DNA of 64,000 bases from assembly GCF_006345805.1 (NCBI RefSeq), contig NC_042997.1:107446001-107510000 (forward strand), given 5' to 3'. The notes below the pieces were generated by a model. It worked only from the letters and a program-made list of their open reading frames with translations, was not told where the DNA came from and did no database searches. Positions within the stretch are counted from its first letter, which is position 1, and each line of letters begins with the position of its first letter. This stretch comes from Octopus sinensis (lineage: Eukaryota). A program made the translations under genes and the position numbers. Shown in pieces: positions 12,701 through 24,473 of this stretch.

Positions 12701-14536
12701 CCGTAGCAAGAAGTACTGAACGTCTGGGAATGTGTTTGGTTCGAGCAATCTTTATTCATTTGTACAAAAAGTAGTATGTTCATAGCTCTTTAGACCTTCC
12801 TAGAGAATGAAACTGGAATAACTATTGATGCTAAACATTTAATTTGAATTAAAGGTTAGTGACTGGCAGGAAAAGTTAGACTAGTGAGGAATTACTGTGG
12901 GGGTGACCAGATGAAGATGGATGCAAATAAGTTGGGGTGGAGTTGGTATAAAGTGGAATTTTGAGAGAGCAGAGCTCATTGCGTATAAAGGATTGAGGAA
13001 GGACTTCATTGAGAGGTAAAATGTTAGGAGAAAAAGGGAAGTTAATTCACATAGGTTAAGTGGCATGTGTAAAACTCTGTAAATTATGGAGAAAAAATGA
13101 AAAAGGGAATCAGTAAATGATGAAATTCGAGGTATGCACTGCCCCCCCCCCCCAATCATACCATGTGCATAGGGTAACTGTGTTCCCCTCTTAAACTTTT
13201 TGAGACTCCACAAAGCATTCACAGTAGGTGATTATGAAGCTGAGGAACTCAAACTACCATCCACCCTCTGAAGCCTCTTCATCTGATGCTTCGGTAAGGC
13301 AAGATACATTTTAGTATCTTTTGCACAGACAATATTTCCCAAATGATTTGCTGAAATTGTAGGTGACATCACCTTCTTTTGAACTGGGAACTGGATGTAA
13401 ACCTACATATGTGGAGGGGGCGGGAACTTATTGTTCCGGAACTAGAAAAAATTGACTTGAGAGTTTGGAACAATTCACTTCCCAGATATGTTTTCAACTC
13501 TTTGCACTTGTCTGATCAATCAAGGCACTACCTGCTTTCTCTGAGTACCTGATTTTCTGAAGGTTCAGTCAACACTTAACGTGTGGTAAACATTGGTGAC
13601 TTGATTATCTGGATGAGCTCTGCATCTTTATTGCCCTCAAAGTTGGAACTGATGTGTGTTGGGGAATAAGGTGTTGTAGTGGTAAGTTTCTTAAATCTAG
13701 AGTATTTTTCAATTATTACTGTTGACTGAATGCATGTCGTGTTGGTTGCTATAAGATGAACTTAGTTAAATAAATCCTACCCAGGGTAAATACCTCGTTA
13801 GTTGTGAAACCTATGAGATTGTGTAGGGTTTTAATGGGAAGAGACCTGATCAACTCTTTGCCATCTGGCTCAGAGGCAGATACTTTACCTGAGATACCCA
13901 ATGGTGACTTATTTGCTCCATCACATCCTAATGCTGCACTTGTTTTGTGCATTCAGAATGCTGAACAAAACAAGGCACTGAAATATCTAAATCTGTCAGT
14001 AAATTATGTTTTTCAACCTGTAGCTTTTGAGCCTTTGGAGAGTATTGGACCTCTGGTAAAGAAGATTTTTACTTTGTTTTATGCCCTATCTTGCTGAAAT
14101 TTGAAATGATGCTCAGGAAAGTGCCAAGCTGTTCCATTGTCTCACCTTTGCAATCACTTGCAGTATCACTATGAATGTTTTAGGGAGTCTCTAAAATTTT
14201 TGAGTAGAATGCTAATTTGCTGAGGAATATCATTTAAGGGGAACACCAGTTTGCCCCAAGTATATCATTTTATAGGGCAACACCTGTTTACCAAGGTATA
14301 TCATCTAATTCACTAACATAAATTGGTAGAATAAAAAAAAGAAGAAACATTTGTTTTTTATTTTCTTATTTTAATATGCAAGTAAACCTTATCCATCTCT
14401 TTCTGGGTTGTAAATGATATTTATAAATTATTTTAAAAATATTATTCAAAATAATTTCTCTGGTGACTTTATATTAAATATTTAGAACATTATGTAAACA
14501 AATTGTTTTCTTTTTTCTTTTGCAGTAGAATGAAAC

Positions 14537-14820
14537 ATGCCAAACATTGTCCAAGTTCAAAAAACCGAAGTCTTGAAATGCAAGCTTCGTCATGCATTTC
14601 TTGCCGTACAACATTGTGCATCTGTGTGGCAGGAATGTGCTCGTCAGCAAGAAGTGCAACTTAAGGAACTTTTTAACCTATGTGAACAATACCAGTGTTG
14701 TTATGAAGCAAATGTGGAATCTTTAGAGCTCCCTGCTAGTCTGAATGAAGTAAAATCCAAGTTACTTTATGTTATTGTGGAGAAGATAGAACAAAAACTG
14801 TGTGCAGTTCAAGCCACAAT
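14537..14820 (+). CDS. AIRIM: AFG2-interacting ribosome maturation factor (C1orf109), coding exon 1
   Basis: Polypyrimidine tract plus CAGTAG acceptor (14523-14528), ATG at 14537, GTAAGT donor at 14821 (phase 2). The helical pattern W..C......L.NL.EQ resembles human C1orf109. Confidence 0.85.
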
Positions 14821-14999
14821 GTAAGTGTTGTGAGTTAATTACTAAGACCACAGGGGTTCAGTTTCTCATTTGACTCTAATACAAGATTTGTACATGGATG
14901 GCCATCATCTCCTCACTCTCCTACCTTTGGAAGTATTCTTTCCTCTTCCATCTTCTGCTACAATTTCCATTTGAAATGCAAATCAAATGGAAATTGTAG

Positions 15000-15325
15000 T
15001 TAAGATACCTGTGCTGGTGACACGTTAAAAGCACCATCCGAACGTGGCAGATGCCAGCTCCACCTGACTGATGTCCATGTCGGTGACATGTAAAAGCACC
15101 AACCGATCATGGCCGTTTGCCAGCCTCATCTGGCCCCTGTGCTGGTGGCACGTAAAAAGCACCCACTACACTCACAGAGTGGTTGGTGTTAGGAAGGGCA
15201 TCCAGCTGTAGAAACACTGCTAGATCAGACTGGAGCCTGGTGCAGCCTCCTGGCTTCCCAGACCCCGGTCGAACCGTCCAACCCATGCTAGCATGGAAAA
15301 CGGACGTTAAACGATGATGATGATG
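15000..15325 (+). mobile_element. RTE-tail SINE with internal tandem subrepeats
   Basis: Three copies of ggtg(g/a)cacgtaaaagcacc; ends cccatgctagcatggaaaacggacgttaaac(gat)n. Further copies at 16615-16770, 18920-18961, 20075-20292, 22775-22996 and 28690-28898; inverted copy at 15370-15530. Confidence 0.8.
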
Positions 15326-16362
15326 TGTGTAGATAAGATGCATGTATAAATATGTGTGCGTGTATAATTATCATTATCAATTAACGTCTGTTATCCATGC
15401 TGGCATGGGTTGAACAGTTCAACAGCAGATGGTGAGACAGAGGATTGCACAATGCTCAAATGTCTGCTTTGGCTTGGTTTCTGCAGCTGGATGTCCTTCC
15501 GAATGCCAGTCATTTTACAGAATGTACTGGTTACGTTTTATGTACAGCCAGCACTAGTGAGGTTAACCAAGTAACTCACGAGACCCTTCAGCTGAGGGTG
15601 GGGGAAGTAGTATTGAGATAGGTTGACAGATGTCACATGATGACAGGTTAAAGCCCCAGGCACAGGTTTCTTGCTGCTGGGGAGACATGTGGTTATAGTG
15701 AAGATGTGTCAGAGCATCAAATTACAGGAATGTTAAATTACCTTGAACAAACAGACAACACGAAGTCGAGATACTCTTCCTGTGTAGAAAGTAATTTATT
15801 TAGTGTTGGTGCTGAGACAAACTGTACTCGGTAGTAAACTGTGTAAGGTGGTTGGTAAACAAATAGGCACAGTTTAGAATAGAGACAATCCTTTAGTTTT
15901 GTTGAGGACAAGACAACCTCTCAAGTGTTGATACCATGGTAAAACATACCCAGTTGTACAGTGTTTAGTGTTAAAAAGAACATCCAGCCATACAAACCCT
16001 GTGAAGAAAAGAATGTATAAGGAAAATGTGGTTCCTGACTCATCTAGAAAGGTGGTGACTCAAATAGCAGCTGACTCAGATTATGAGGACCTATCTAACC
16101 CATGACAACCTAGAAAGTGGGCGAAAATAATGATGATGATGATGATGATAGAGGTGGACGTATGGAATTGGACAGTGTGAGTGAAATCTGTATGTCATGT
16201 TATGCCATTAGTTCTGATCTTGAAAAGATAATGTTTATCTTTTGGGTTTGTACATATTTTTTTTTATTAATGTTTGTATCTGAATTGGCAGACATCGATA
16301 TGATAAACTTATTAACTGCATTCTATTTTATTGAAGTAATGTCTCTGTCTTTTCATTTTTAG

Positions 16363-16524
16363 ATGTGAATTTCAAAAATCTTATGACAAAGTGAATCAAG
16401 CAAGAATCAATGCTTTTGAACAAAAACCCGACATGGTTTACTTGACTGAGAGTAGAGCCATGTCCCCAACTCTGGCTACCATGTTGGAATGGTTAGATGA
16501 TACAGAAAGACAGGTTTTTGTACA
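16363..16524 (+). CDS. AIRIM: AIRIM/C1orf109 coding exon 2
   Basis: Acceptor tttttag, phase compatible. SPTLATMLEWLDDTER matches human SPSVADMLEWLQDIER. Ends at U12 donor ATATCCTTT (16525); alternative GT donor at 16514. Confidence 0.88.
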
Positions 16525-17129
16525 ATATCCTTTGTTGATTTCATTCTTTACATTATTGATCACTTCATTTTTTTTTTAAGGAATAAATCAGCTGAATATT
16601 AATTGAATATTAGTGTCTCGGAGTGGTTGGCGTTAGGAAGGGCATCCAGCTGTAGAAACTCTGCCAGATCAAAATTGGAGCCTGGTGCAGCCATCTGGTT
16701 CGCCAGCCCTCAGTCAAAATCATCCAACCCATGCTAGCATGGAAAGCGGACGTTAAACGATGATGATGATGTCTCCCGCTGTCCACATGGAAAGCCAATT
16801 TGATGACTGATTGATTGATAAGTTAGTGAAATATATTCCAGTGGTTCTGAAACCTGTAGAACTTTCTCCCAGGCTGGTGAAATTGATGCGTGATGAATAA
16901 CCTGGCCACCTGTAGGTCAGTGTTTGCAGGAATGAGGAACATATCATTTGCTTTGATTACTTGCAATAGATTGACCTAAGCTCAAGTGATGAGGTTAAGC
17001 TGATACAAACAAGTGTGTGTGTTTCAGTTCTTAGTCCCCTCTTATTTATCTAGCCCTCCATGCCATAATAGAGGGATGAGTAGTGATACATCCACCCATC
17101 TTGGTGAAATTGAGATTCTGGAGGCTATA

Positions 17130-18340
17130 TATATATAATTTCAGGAAACCAGTCAGTTCACCTGATGACCTATAAATCTGGTGACCATACTAGCCAGATT
17201 GACTACATTCTCATTGGAAAGAAAGATTCATGGTTGCTCATAAATGCAGAAACTTTCCCAGGTGAAGAATGTATCTCTCAGCATAGTGGTTTCAGACTAT
17301 GGGCATGAAGGATTCCAAGAAGCAAGCCAATTTGGAAAAGGACCTGGAAGCTTAAGGCTCTTCTGAATAGCCAGGGATTTAGAGACTGAATCCTAACTGA
17401 AGCATTTATTGAGAAGGAGGTAGAGTTACAGACAGGTAACATAGAGGATAACTGGAAGTTCCTACGAGACAACTTATCAAGAGCCACAGACCAAATTTGT
17501 GGCTGCTTGCCAAGTCCCAGCCAGACCTGGAGTGACATGGTAGTGGAAGAGTGTAGTTGGCAGGGCCATTAGAGCAAAGAAGCAGGCCTGGAAGAGTGGC
17601 AGTAGCAGGGAACTATATTGGGTAGTGAGAATAGAAGCTAGGAGGCAGGTATACTTAGCTAGGGGTGAAGCAGATAGGAAGAAGTTTGCCAATGTGCTGT
17701 GGTGTGAGGATCAACAGCTTGAAGTGTTTTGATTTGCAAGACAGCGAGTCAGGGAAAATTGTGATGGAGAGAAATGCATTCACATGGATGATGGTTCACT
17801 TGCAGTTAGGGACTCTGCAAAGAAAGGGGCTTGGAAGTGTCACTATGAAAGGCTGCTAGATGTAGAGAATGCATGGGAGAAGGAGAGTCTGTCTAATGTG
17901 GATCTAACAGAGGGACCAGCTATCCAAATAGACCATAACTTGTTAGCTAAATTAGATAGAGCCATGACAGATATGAAGACGGGGAAATCCTCTGCAGGAA
18001 TAACTGCTGAGGTGCTTAAAATATCTGGTGGTGTGGGTTATGGTCTCGCCACCCTTATAGTCAATCAGGTTGTATACTAGGGAGTTGTACCCAATGACTG
18101 GTGTAGCAACACCATAGTCACTGCTACAAAGGCAAGGGTGATGCCTTAGATAGAAATAATTACAGAGGTATCAAATTGTTGGATCAGGTGATAAAAGTTA
18201 CGGGGAAGGTCATAGCCCAACTAATTAGGAAGAGAGTTAGTCTAGATGAGATACAGTTTGATTTTGTGCTGGGGAAAAGCACCACTGATGCTATATTTCT
18301 GGTAAGGCAGCTGCAGGAGAAGTACCTGGCCAAAGATAAG
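17130..18340 (+). mobile_element. RTE LINE fragment (end of APE endonuclease to start of RT) inside the U12 intron
   Basis: SQIDYIL, SAGITAEVLK, STTDAIFLVRQLQEKYLAK motifs; stops and frameshifts. Confidence 0.85.
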
Positions 18341-18571
18341 CATGGAGAAACAGATGTGAAAAAGATGAACATATTCAATGTTAATCTATATCCATTTCTA
18401 TTTTTCTTAGTACTGGTGTAATTTTCTGGTTTCCTACAGCTATATTTGAACTGTTGTTCTTCTTATCCATAGGACTTTGCCATTTCATGAAGAGGGGATT
18501 CACTTTTGTGAAGTCTGAAACCATTTATTTCAATTTTTATTATTTTGGTTAGTGATGTATTTATTTAAAAG

Positions 18572-18610
<39 letters not shown>

Positions 18611-18662
18611 CTATATGTATGTAAGTATATATGTATGTGTGTGTGTATATATATATATATAA

Positions 18663-18781
18663 TATATACATATTAGAGGGAAACCACTATGTGGACACCC
18701 TTATGCTAGAAATAAGACCATAGCAGATCTATTTCTAGCATAAGGGTGTCCACATAGTGGTTTCCCTCTAATATGTATATA
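18663..18781. repeat. Perfect inverted repeat, 52-bp arms, 15-nt loop
   Basis: 18663-18714 is the reverse complement of 18730-18781. Confidence 0.92.
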
Positions 18782-18886
18782 ATACAATTTTACTGAACCT
18801 TCAGTTTTTTATATGCTAGACCACTGGTGTGAAATCGATGTTAATTAAATTAATATCTAATTTCTCACCCTCATTTTAAATTTATA

Positions 18887-18921
<35 letters not shown>

Positions 18922-19089
18922 CCCATGTTAGCATGGAAAACGGACGTTAAATGATGATGATATATATATATAGAGAGAGAGAGAGAAGAAGGGGGGGGGG
19001 TTGTATATAAACAAAGTATGTTTATAAATGATTATTTCAGGCAAGCTAAACTAATGAGTTTATTAATTTGCTTCCTTAACTAATTTTAA

Positions 19090-19205
19090 GCTACACCTCA
19101 AGAAATATTTACTTGATGAAATGAAATATGGTGACGTGTCAATCCTGCAGCAGCTTCTCAAATCCTGGTTACTTGATGATACTAAAGTCATCAATAAAAT
19201 CCAAG
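19090..19205 (+). CDS. AIRIM: AIRIM/C1orf109 coding exon 3
   Basis: LHLKKYLLDEMKYGDVSILQQLLKSW aligns with human YLKRKYLLSSIQWGDLANIQALPKAW. Preceded by U12 branch site TTCCTTAAC (19072-19080); donor AG|GTAAAG at 19206 (phase 1). Start is 19090 (AT-AA model) or 19091 (GT-AG model). Confidence 0.85.
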
Positions 19206-21861
19206 GTAAAGGATACTATATTGGTAATCTTTCAGTAATTCTTTTTTTCATCCTCTTACGTTTTCAGCCTGACACCAAGGTCAATATGAGGAAATAATTT
19301 ACAAACCACTTCTATAAAAATTGTCTGTTTAGGACCAGGTTTTCTATTTTAGAAAAATCTACGTGTTTGGAGATTGTGAAAAGACTGCTGGCTTTCGTTT
19401 CATTAATACTTATCTGTGGTTGTGGTTGGCAGTGGGAGCTGTGCTCTTGATCCCCTTCTGTGTATGCATCTATGTTACATTTTCTCTTACTGTCACTGCT
19501 TCTCCTTCTTTGGTTATAGAAGTGTGATTGTTGGCATTGATGAAGGTCTGATGCACTCAGCTCTTTGCTGTTCCAAAGGTCAGGAAGCCTTCAGCTGGTC
19601 TGGTTTGTCATATATGTTAGCACTGTGATTTTCTCCCTTCTACTACCATTCATTCTGCTTACACTCTTCAAACTGAAAGTGATCCGGGATGCTAGATAAA
19701 TTCTCAGATGCCACCAACATCTGGAACTTCAGAGACAAATCCATTCTATTCTTCCACAGATTGAACTTGAGTGCTATAATCTTTGTTCTTCCTCATTGCT
19801 GCCACTCCAGCCTGGTCCGTGTTGTGATTCATCTTTTGGTCACTCATCTTTCCAAGTGAAATAAGATCCCGGTAAAATCTTGGGTTGCATTGGTGGCCAT
19901 AGCCAGAATCTTAGCGTCTACCTTATTGTTAAGGGACAATTGTCCTAAGTTGTTTACTTCTTGTTATAAATCCAATGCAGGACCACGCTTTCCACAGGCA
20001 TTTTATGACTTGTACTGGACTGGGACACTGTAGCTTTCTTTCTTTTCTGTTTGAGGCAATGACAAATTCATAGTCATGGCCGATGCCAGTGTCGCGTAAC
20101 TGGCACCCGTGGCAGTGGCATGTAAAAGGCACCCATTACACTCTTGGAGTGGTTGGTGTTAAGAAGGGCATCCAGTCATAGAAATCATTCCAAATCAGAC
20201 TGAAACCTGGTGCAGCTCTCCAGTTTACCAGTTCCAGTCAAACCATGTAACCCATGCCAGCATGGAAAGCGGATGTTAAATGAAGATGATTATGATGCAT
20301 TAGTTTTTTTGTTTTGGGATGAGCTATGTACTTCAGCAACAGGAAATTTCATGAATCTCAAGCATGTGATATCAGATTTATCACTATCATCATCATCATC
20401 ATGGCAGTATAAAGGTACATTGATTGGATCAGGTCTGTTCACCCAACTGTGGAATGTGCGACGATTCGGAAGAGACCACAGCTCACATTGTATTGGAATG
20501 TCCACAGTAAGCTCAGAATAAATACAAACAGTGTTGGTATAAGATTGCAATAATACATTGGAATTTTTACAGGAAATTTAGTTTTGCATGCAGATAAAAA
20601 AAGTTATAACCATTTTGTGGGACTAGAGATGCAAACCCCCGAAAATCCAAGACATCATAAGAATATGTAAAGGTTCTTAATACAGTTGATATTCTATGGG
20701 TTCGTGTTGTGTGTGAATGTATATGTATGGACCAGTTACGAGTCTATCATTTCAATATAAACCATTCATGAACATTTGGAATCTATTGTTGTGAAGGTTG
20801 TATAGTCTGAGCCTGTTTGTGACTTCTACTGAATCATTTGTTCCCCACCACTGGAGTAATAACATTTTTATGAGCCGTAAAGGGATGTCACAACTAACCA
20901 CACGTATAGAATTATCTGTATATCACTGTCATCCATATGGGTAATCATTCTAGCATAAACTAATGGCTACCTGTAATAGGGGAAATATGATTGAGCTGTA
21001 ACCACATCCAACTGAATAACGAACCTCATTTGAATTTGGTTTCTGCGGTTGAACCACTCAATTACCTCCCTTGTATTAATTCAGAGGCCAAGTTGCATTT
21101 GGTGTTGAATTAGGGGAACTACTGTAATCTTTTTGCCTATCTTACCTATATCTAATATTGATGGGTTGACTAATTTAATAGTGAGCTATCTGCTAAAGTC
21201 TAGTGTGTGCTCTTTCACTTTATTGGTACAGGTTTTCCATTTTATCTGAGTGGATTATCAAATCCAGGGAATTATGGACACTTAATCTGTAGTGTGGAAC
21301 TTGTTTCTATTTCTTTTAAACAAACTTCTTTTACAGCGTGGAAGGTGTTTATAAGCGTTTTAAGAAACACACAAAAACCATTAGATTCACTTCAACATTT
21401 AAATTTAATTTGTCAAAATATTTTCGTCGCTTTGAGACTGCGACCTGTTCACTGACAAAATTCCATGCTGCATTTTAAATGGCTTATAAACACCTTCCAT
21501 TCTGCAATTGTTTTTGTTCCAGCATACGATCTCAGATCAGGTCACTTGCTATGCAAGTACATCTCCGCAAACTTCTTTTAATCATGGATAATCATTCAAC
21601 TATGGTAGTAGTTGAATAATATTCTCAAGGTTGCAATTTACTCACATGCAGCATCTTTCAGAGCTTGTTGCTAATTCAGTTCTGAACCAAATTGAAAACT
21701 CTTAACACTTTTGAAGAGGATTGGTCCCTAGCTACATTTTGGCATAAAAAATTGAGATTTGATCCAGTAGAAAAAAGTTTACATCAAAATTTGTAGCGAC
21801 GTTTTTGGAGAGTAAGTAATGCAACCAATCAAGTTTAGATCTAAATAACTTTTTTTTATAA

Positions 21862-22091
21862 TAAAGATTGTTTGCCAATATAACATGGCAGTCCTGGTTT
21901 AGGACTAATGTTGCTGTAATTTAGCCCCAGGAGACACCATCTACAGCTGGCTATACAACACAATCTGTGTCCTTATATTTTCGAACAGATCGTGTTGTAT
22001 AGTCAACTGTAGATGATGTCTCCTGGGGCTAAATTACAGCAACATTCGTCCTAAACCAGGACTGCCATGTAATGTTGGCAAACAATCTTTA
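21862..22091. repeat. Near-perfect inverted repeat, ~107-bp arms, ~16-nt loop
   Basis: 21862-21968 pairs with 21985-22091 with about seven mismatches. Confidence 0.9.
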
Positions 22092-23432
22092 CTACAAGGT
22101 ACTGTTGCTGAATATCTCACGTTGTGAGATTTAGAAATAGTAATTTTCGAACTTTTTTTAACTTTAAAAGCAAAATATATTTATCTTAGCTTCAATGATA
22201 GAAGAAAGCATGAAGAATTTCATAGTTTTGTTCCTATGCAACAAAAATGTGTATCAAAAAAGTTGTGAGGTAAAATATCATGAAGAAAAATTGAAGTACT
22301 TTGATTAAGCTTAAATGAAAGAGCTCAATTTGAGGAATTTCATGGTATCAATCTCTTGCAATGAAGTTTTAAAAGAAAAATTATGAGTGCTTGTTTCTCA
22401 AATTTGAGGGTGATAATATAATTGTATACTTTTTTATGAATATAGTTAAGGGGGCTTTTAATATGTGAGCGACATCATTGAGGTAAGGAAAAAAAATTAT
22501 CAATGACACCACTAATTGACACAATATTAGTAAGCATTACAGCATATCCTGGAAAAGACATGGATTACATGGAAAAATGCAAGCAAGAGAAATAATATTC
22601 TTATGATTGTAAACCTGGAAAATAACAGGACAAGTTATTACATTTGGAAAAGTTCAGAACAACTTATTAAATCTGGTAAAATATAGAACAAGAAAATTTT
22701 TACTTAAAATATTGCAGCTAAGAATAAAATTTGAATATTAAAAATCATTTGATTTTAATTTACAAAGTAACATTGTGGCACGTAAAAAGCACCATCCATC
22801 CGTGGCCATTTGCCAGCCCCGTCTGGCACCTGTGCCAGTGGTACGTAAAAAGCACCCACTACACTCACGGAGTGGTTGGTGTTAGGAAGGGCATCCAGCT
22901 GTAGAAACATTGCCAGATCAGACTGGGCCTGGTGCAGCCTTCTGGCTTCCCAGACCCCAGTTGAACCGTCCAACCCATGCTAGCATGGAAAGCGGAATAC
23001 TTTAAAAATGAGAGCCAGAAGTCCCAATATAGCTAAAGTTTTATGACAAGTAGAATAGTATATATGGTACGCAAATTCATTATGTAAAAAATAGGCATTG
23101 GGTCAAGACAGAAAATGTGGAGACTTGGCAGTAATAACTAATTTTTGTATTCATCATCATCATCATCATCATCATTTAACAATAGTCTTTTGTCAGAAAC
23201 TTCCTAATTAGCATTTATTGTGAAAAACTGATTTTGATTGTTTGGTCTCAACTCAAATGATCAAGAATGTACCGAGATTGGATTATTTAAAGATCTTTCT
23301 TTTTCAGTATTTATGATGGGTTTTATGACAAATATTCTTTTGTACCATCATGATTTGTTGTTACCTGTTTAACAAATATTAGAATATCCTGATTGCATCT
23401 TTTTCACGAATGTCAGTTTGTCCCAAAACATA

Positions 23433-24297
23433 AATAATAATAATAATAATAATTGTGTACAGTGCTCAGGTGCACTACAACTCATCTAAAGTGTATATAT
23501 AATCAGGTGTAGTTTCGGCGGATTTCGGAAAGCATGAGGGCCTTAAAGGATGCAGTGTCATGGCAGTCAACAACTGACGCAGGCAGTTTATTCCATGCTT
23601 CAGCAACTCTGAGCATGAAAAAATGTTTCCGAAAGTCATGGGAGCTGTGTTGTTTTCTGACTTTGTAGGCATGTCCACGTGTGTTAGACACATGGAGATC
23701 AAAAAGGTGTTCAGTGTTGTTGTTGGTGAGGTGGTTGATGATAACTTTGTGGGTGTTTACCAACGCCGGAGCTTCAGTGAATCCATGCCCAGGGAAACAA
23801 GGCGCTCAGAATATGGTAGGTGTCTGATGGAGGGTATGCGTTTGGTTGCACGTCTCTGGACAGATTCCAGAAGGTCAATGTTCTGAGCAAGATAGGGGTT
23901 CCAAACTGATGATGCGAATTCCAAGTGTGGTCGTACCATAGCTGTATACAGTTTTAAATAGATGGCTGGAGAGCGGCTAACAAAAGTCTTGCTGAGTGAT
24001 GCCAAGACACCCTCGGCCTTCGTGACAATTTTAGAGATATGCTTTGTCCAACGCAAATCACTGCTGACAGTGATGCCTAGGTCACGCTCGCAAGAGGATT
24101 TCTTGATATCAGTGTTGTGGAGGGAGTATGTGGACGCAGGGTTTTTCTCCCAAAATGTATGGTGGTACACTTGTCCACAGCCAGTTTCAGTTGCCAGTCT
24201 GTGATCCATTGCTGCATTGTGTCTAGGTCTGATTGCAGGAAAGAGTTGTAGACATCAGGATCAGTCCTCTTGATTTCAAGGTACAGCTTGCAAGACA
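23433..24297 (-). mobile_element. 5'-truncated CR1-clade LINE, little decayed
   Basis: ERDLGITV, YTAMVRPHLEFASSVWNP, LESVQRRATK, NTRGH..K, FFMLRVAEAWNKLP; short 3' UTR and (TTA)n tail. Confidence 0.88.
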
Positions 24298-24432
24298 TTT
24301 GTCAGCAAACAAACCCTTACTCACTGTTCTTTCTTTCACATTGAGTTTTTATGCTTTTTAATGGAAACATTTAATGTTTTCATCAGTGTTGAAGTTTCTG
24401 TAAATTTTATTGTTTGTTTCTTTGTTTTCCAG

Positions 24433-24473
24433 AAAGACTTCTTTATTTGGAGGATTTCATGAACGAACCTTAA
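24433..24473 (+). CDS. AIRIM: AIRIM/C1orf109 last coding exon
   Basis: Strong acceptor tttgttttccag, phase 1 gives ERLLYLEDFMNEP-stop (human DILLNVSFFLEE-stop). Total 200 aa. AATAAA at 24756-24761. Confidence 0.8.

Larger units (their letters stand above)
16525..19089 (+). other. U12-type (minor spliceosome) intron
   Basis: 5' site ATATCCTTT and branch site TTCCTTAAC about 10 nt from the 3' end, both consensus. Confidence 0.8.

Noticed and set aside
15000-15160. Short spaced direct repeats resembling a CRISPR array
   Set aside because: Internal subrepeats of a SINE in eukaryotic DNA; no cas genes.
19089-19096. AT-AG or AT-AC termini for the U12 intron
   Set aside because: With the phase-2 donor at 16525, AG(19090), AC(19094) and AC(19096) all give frameshifts and early stops.
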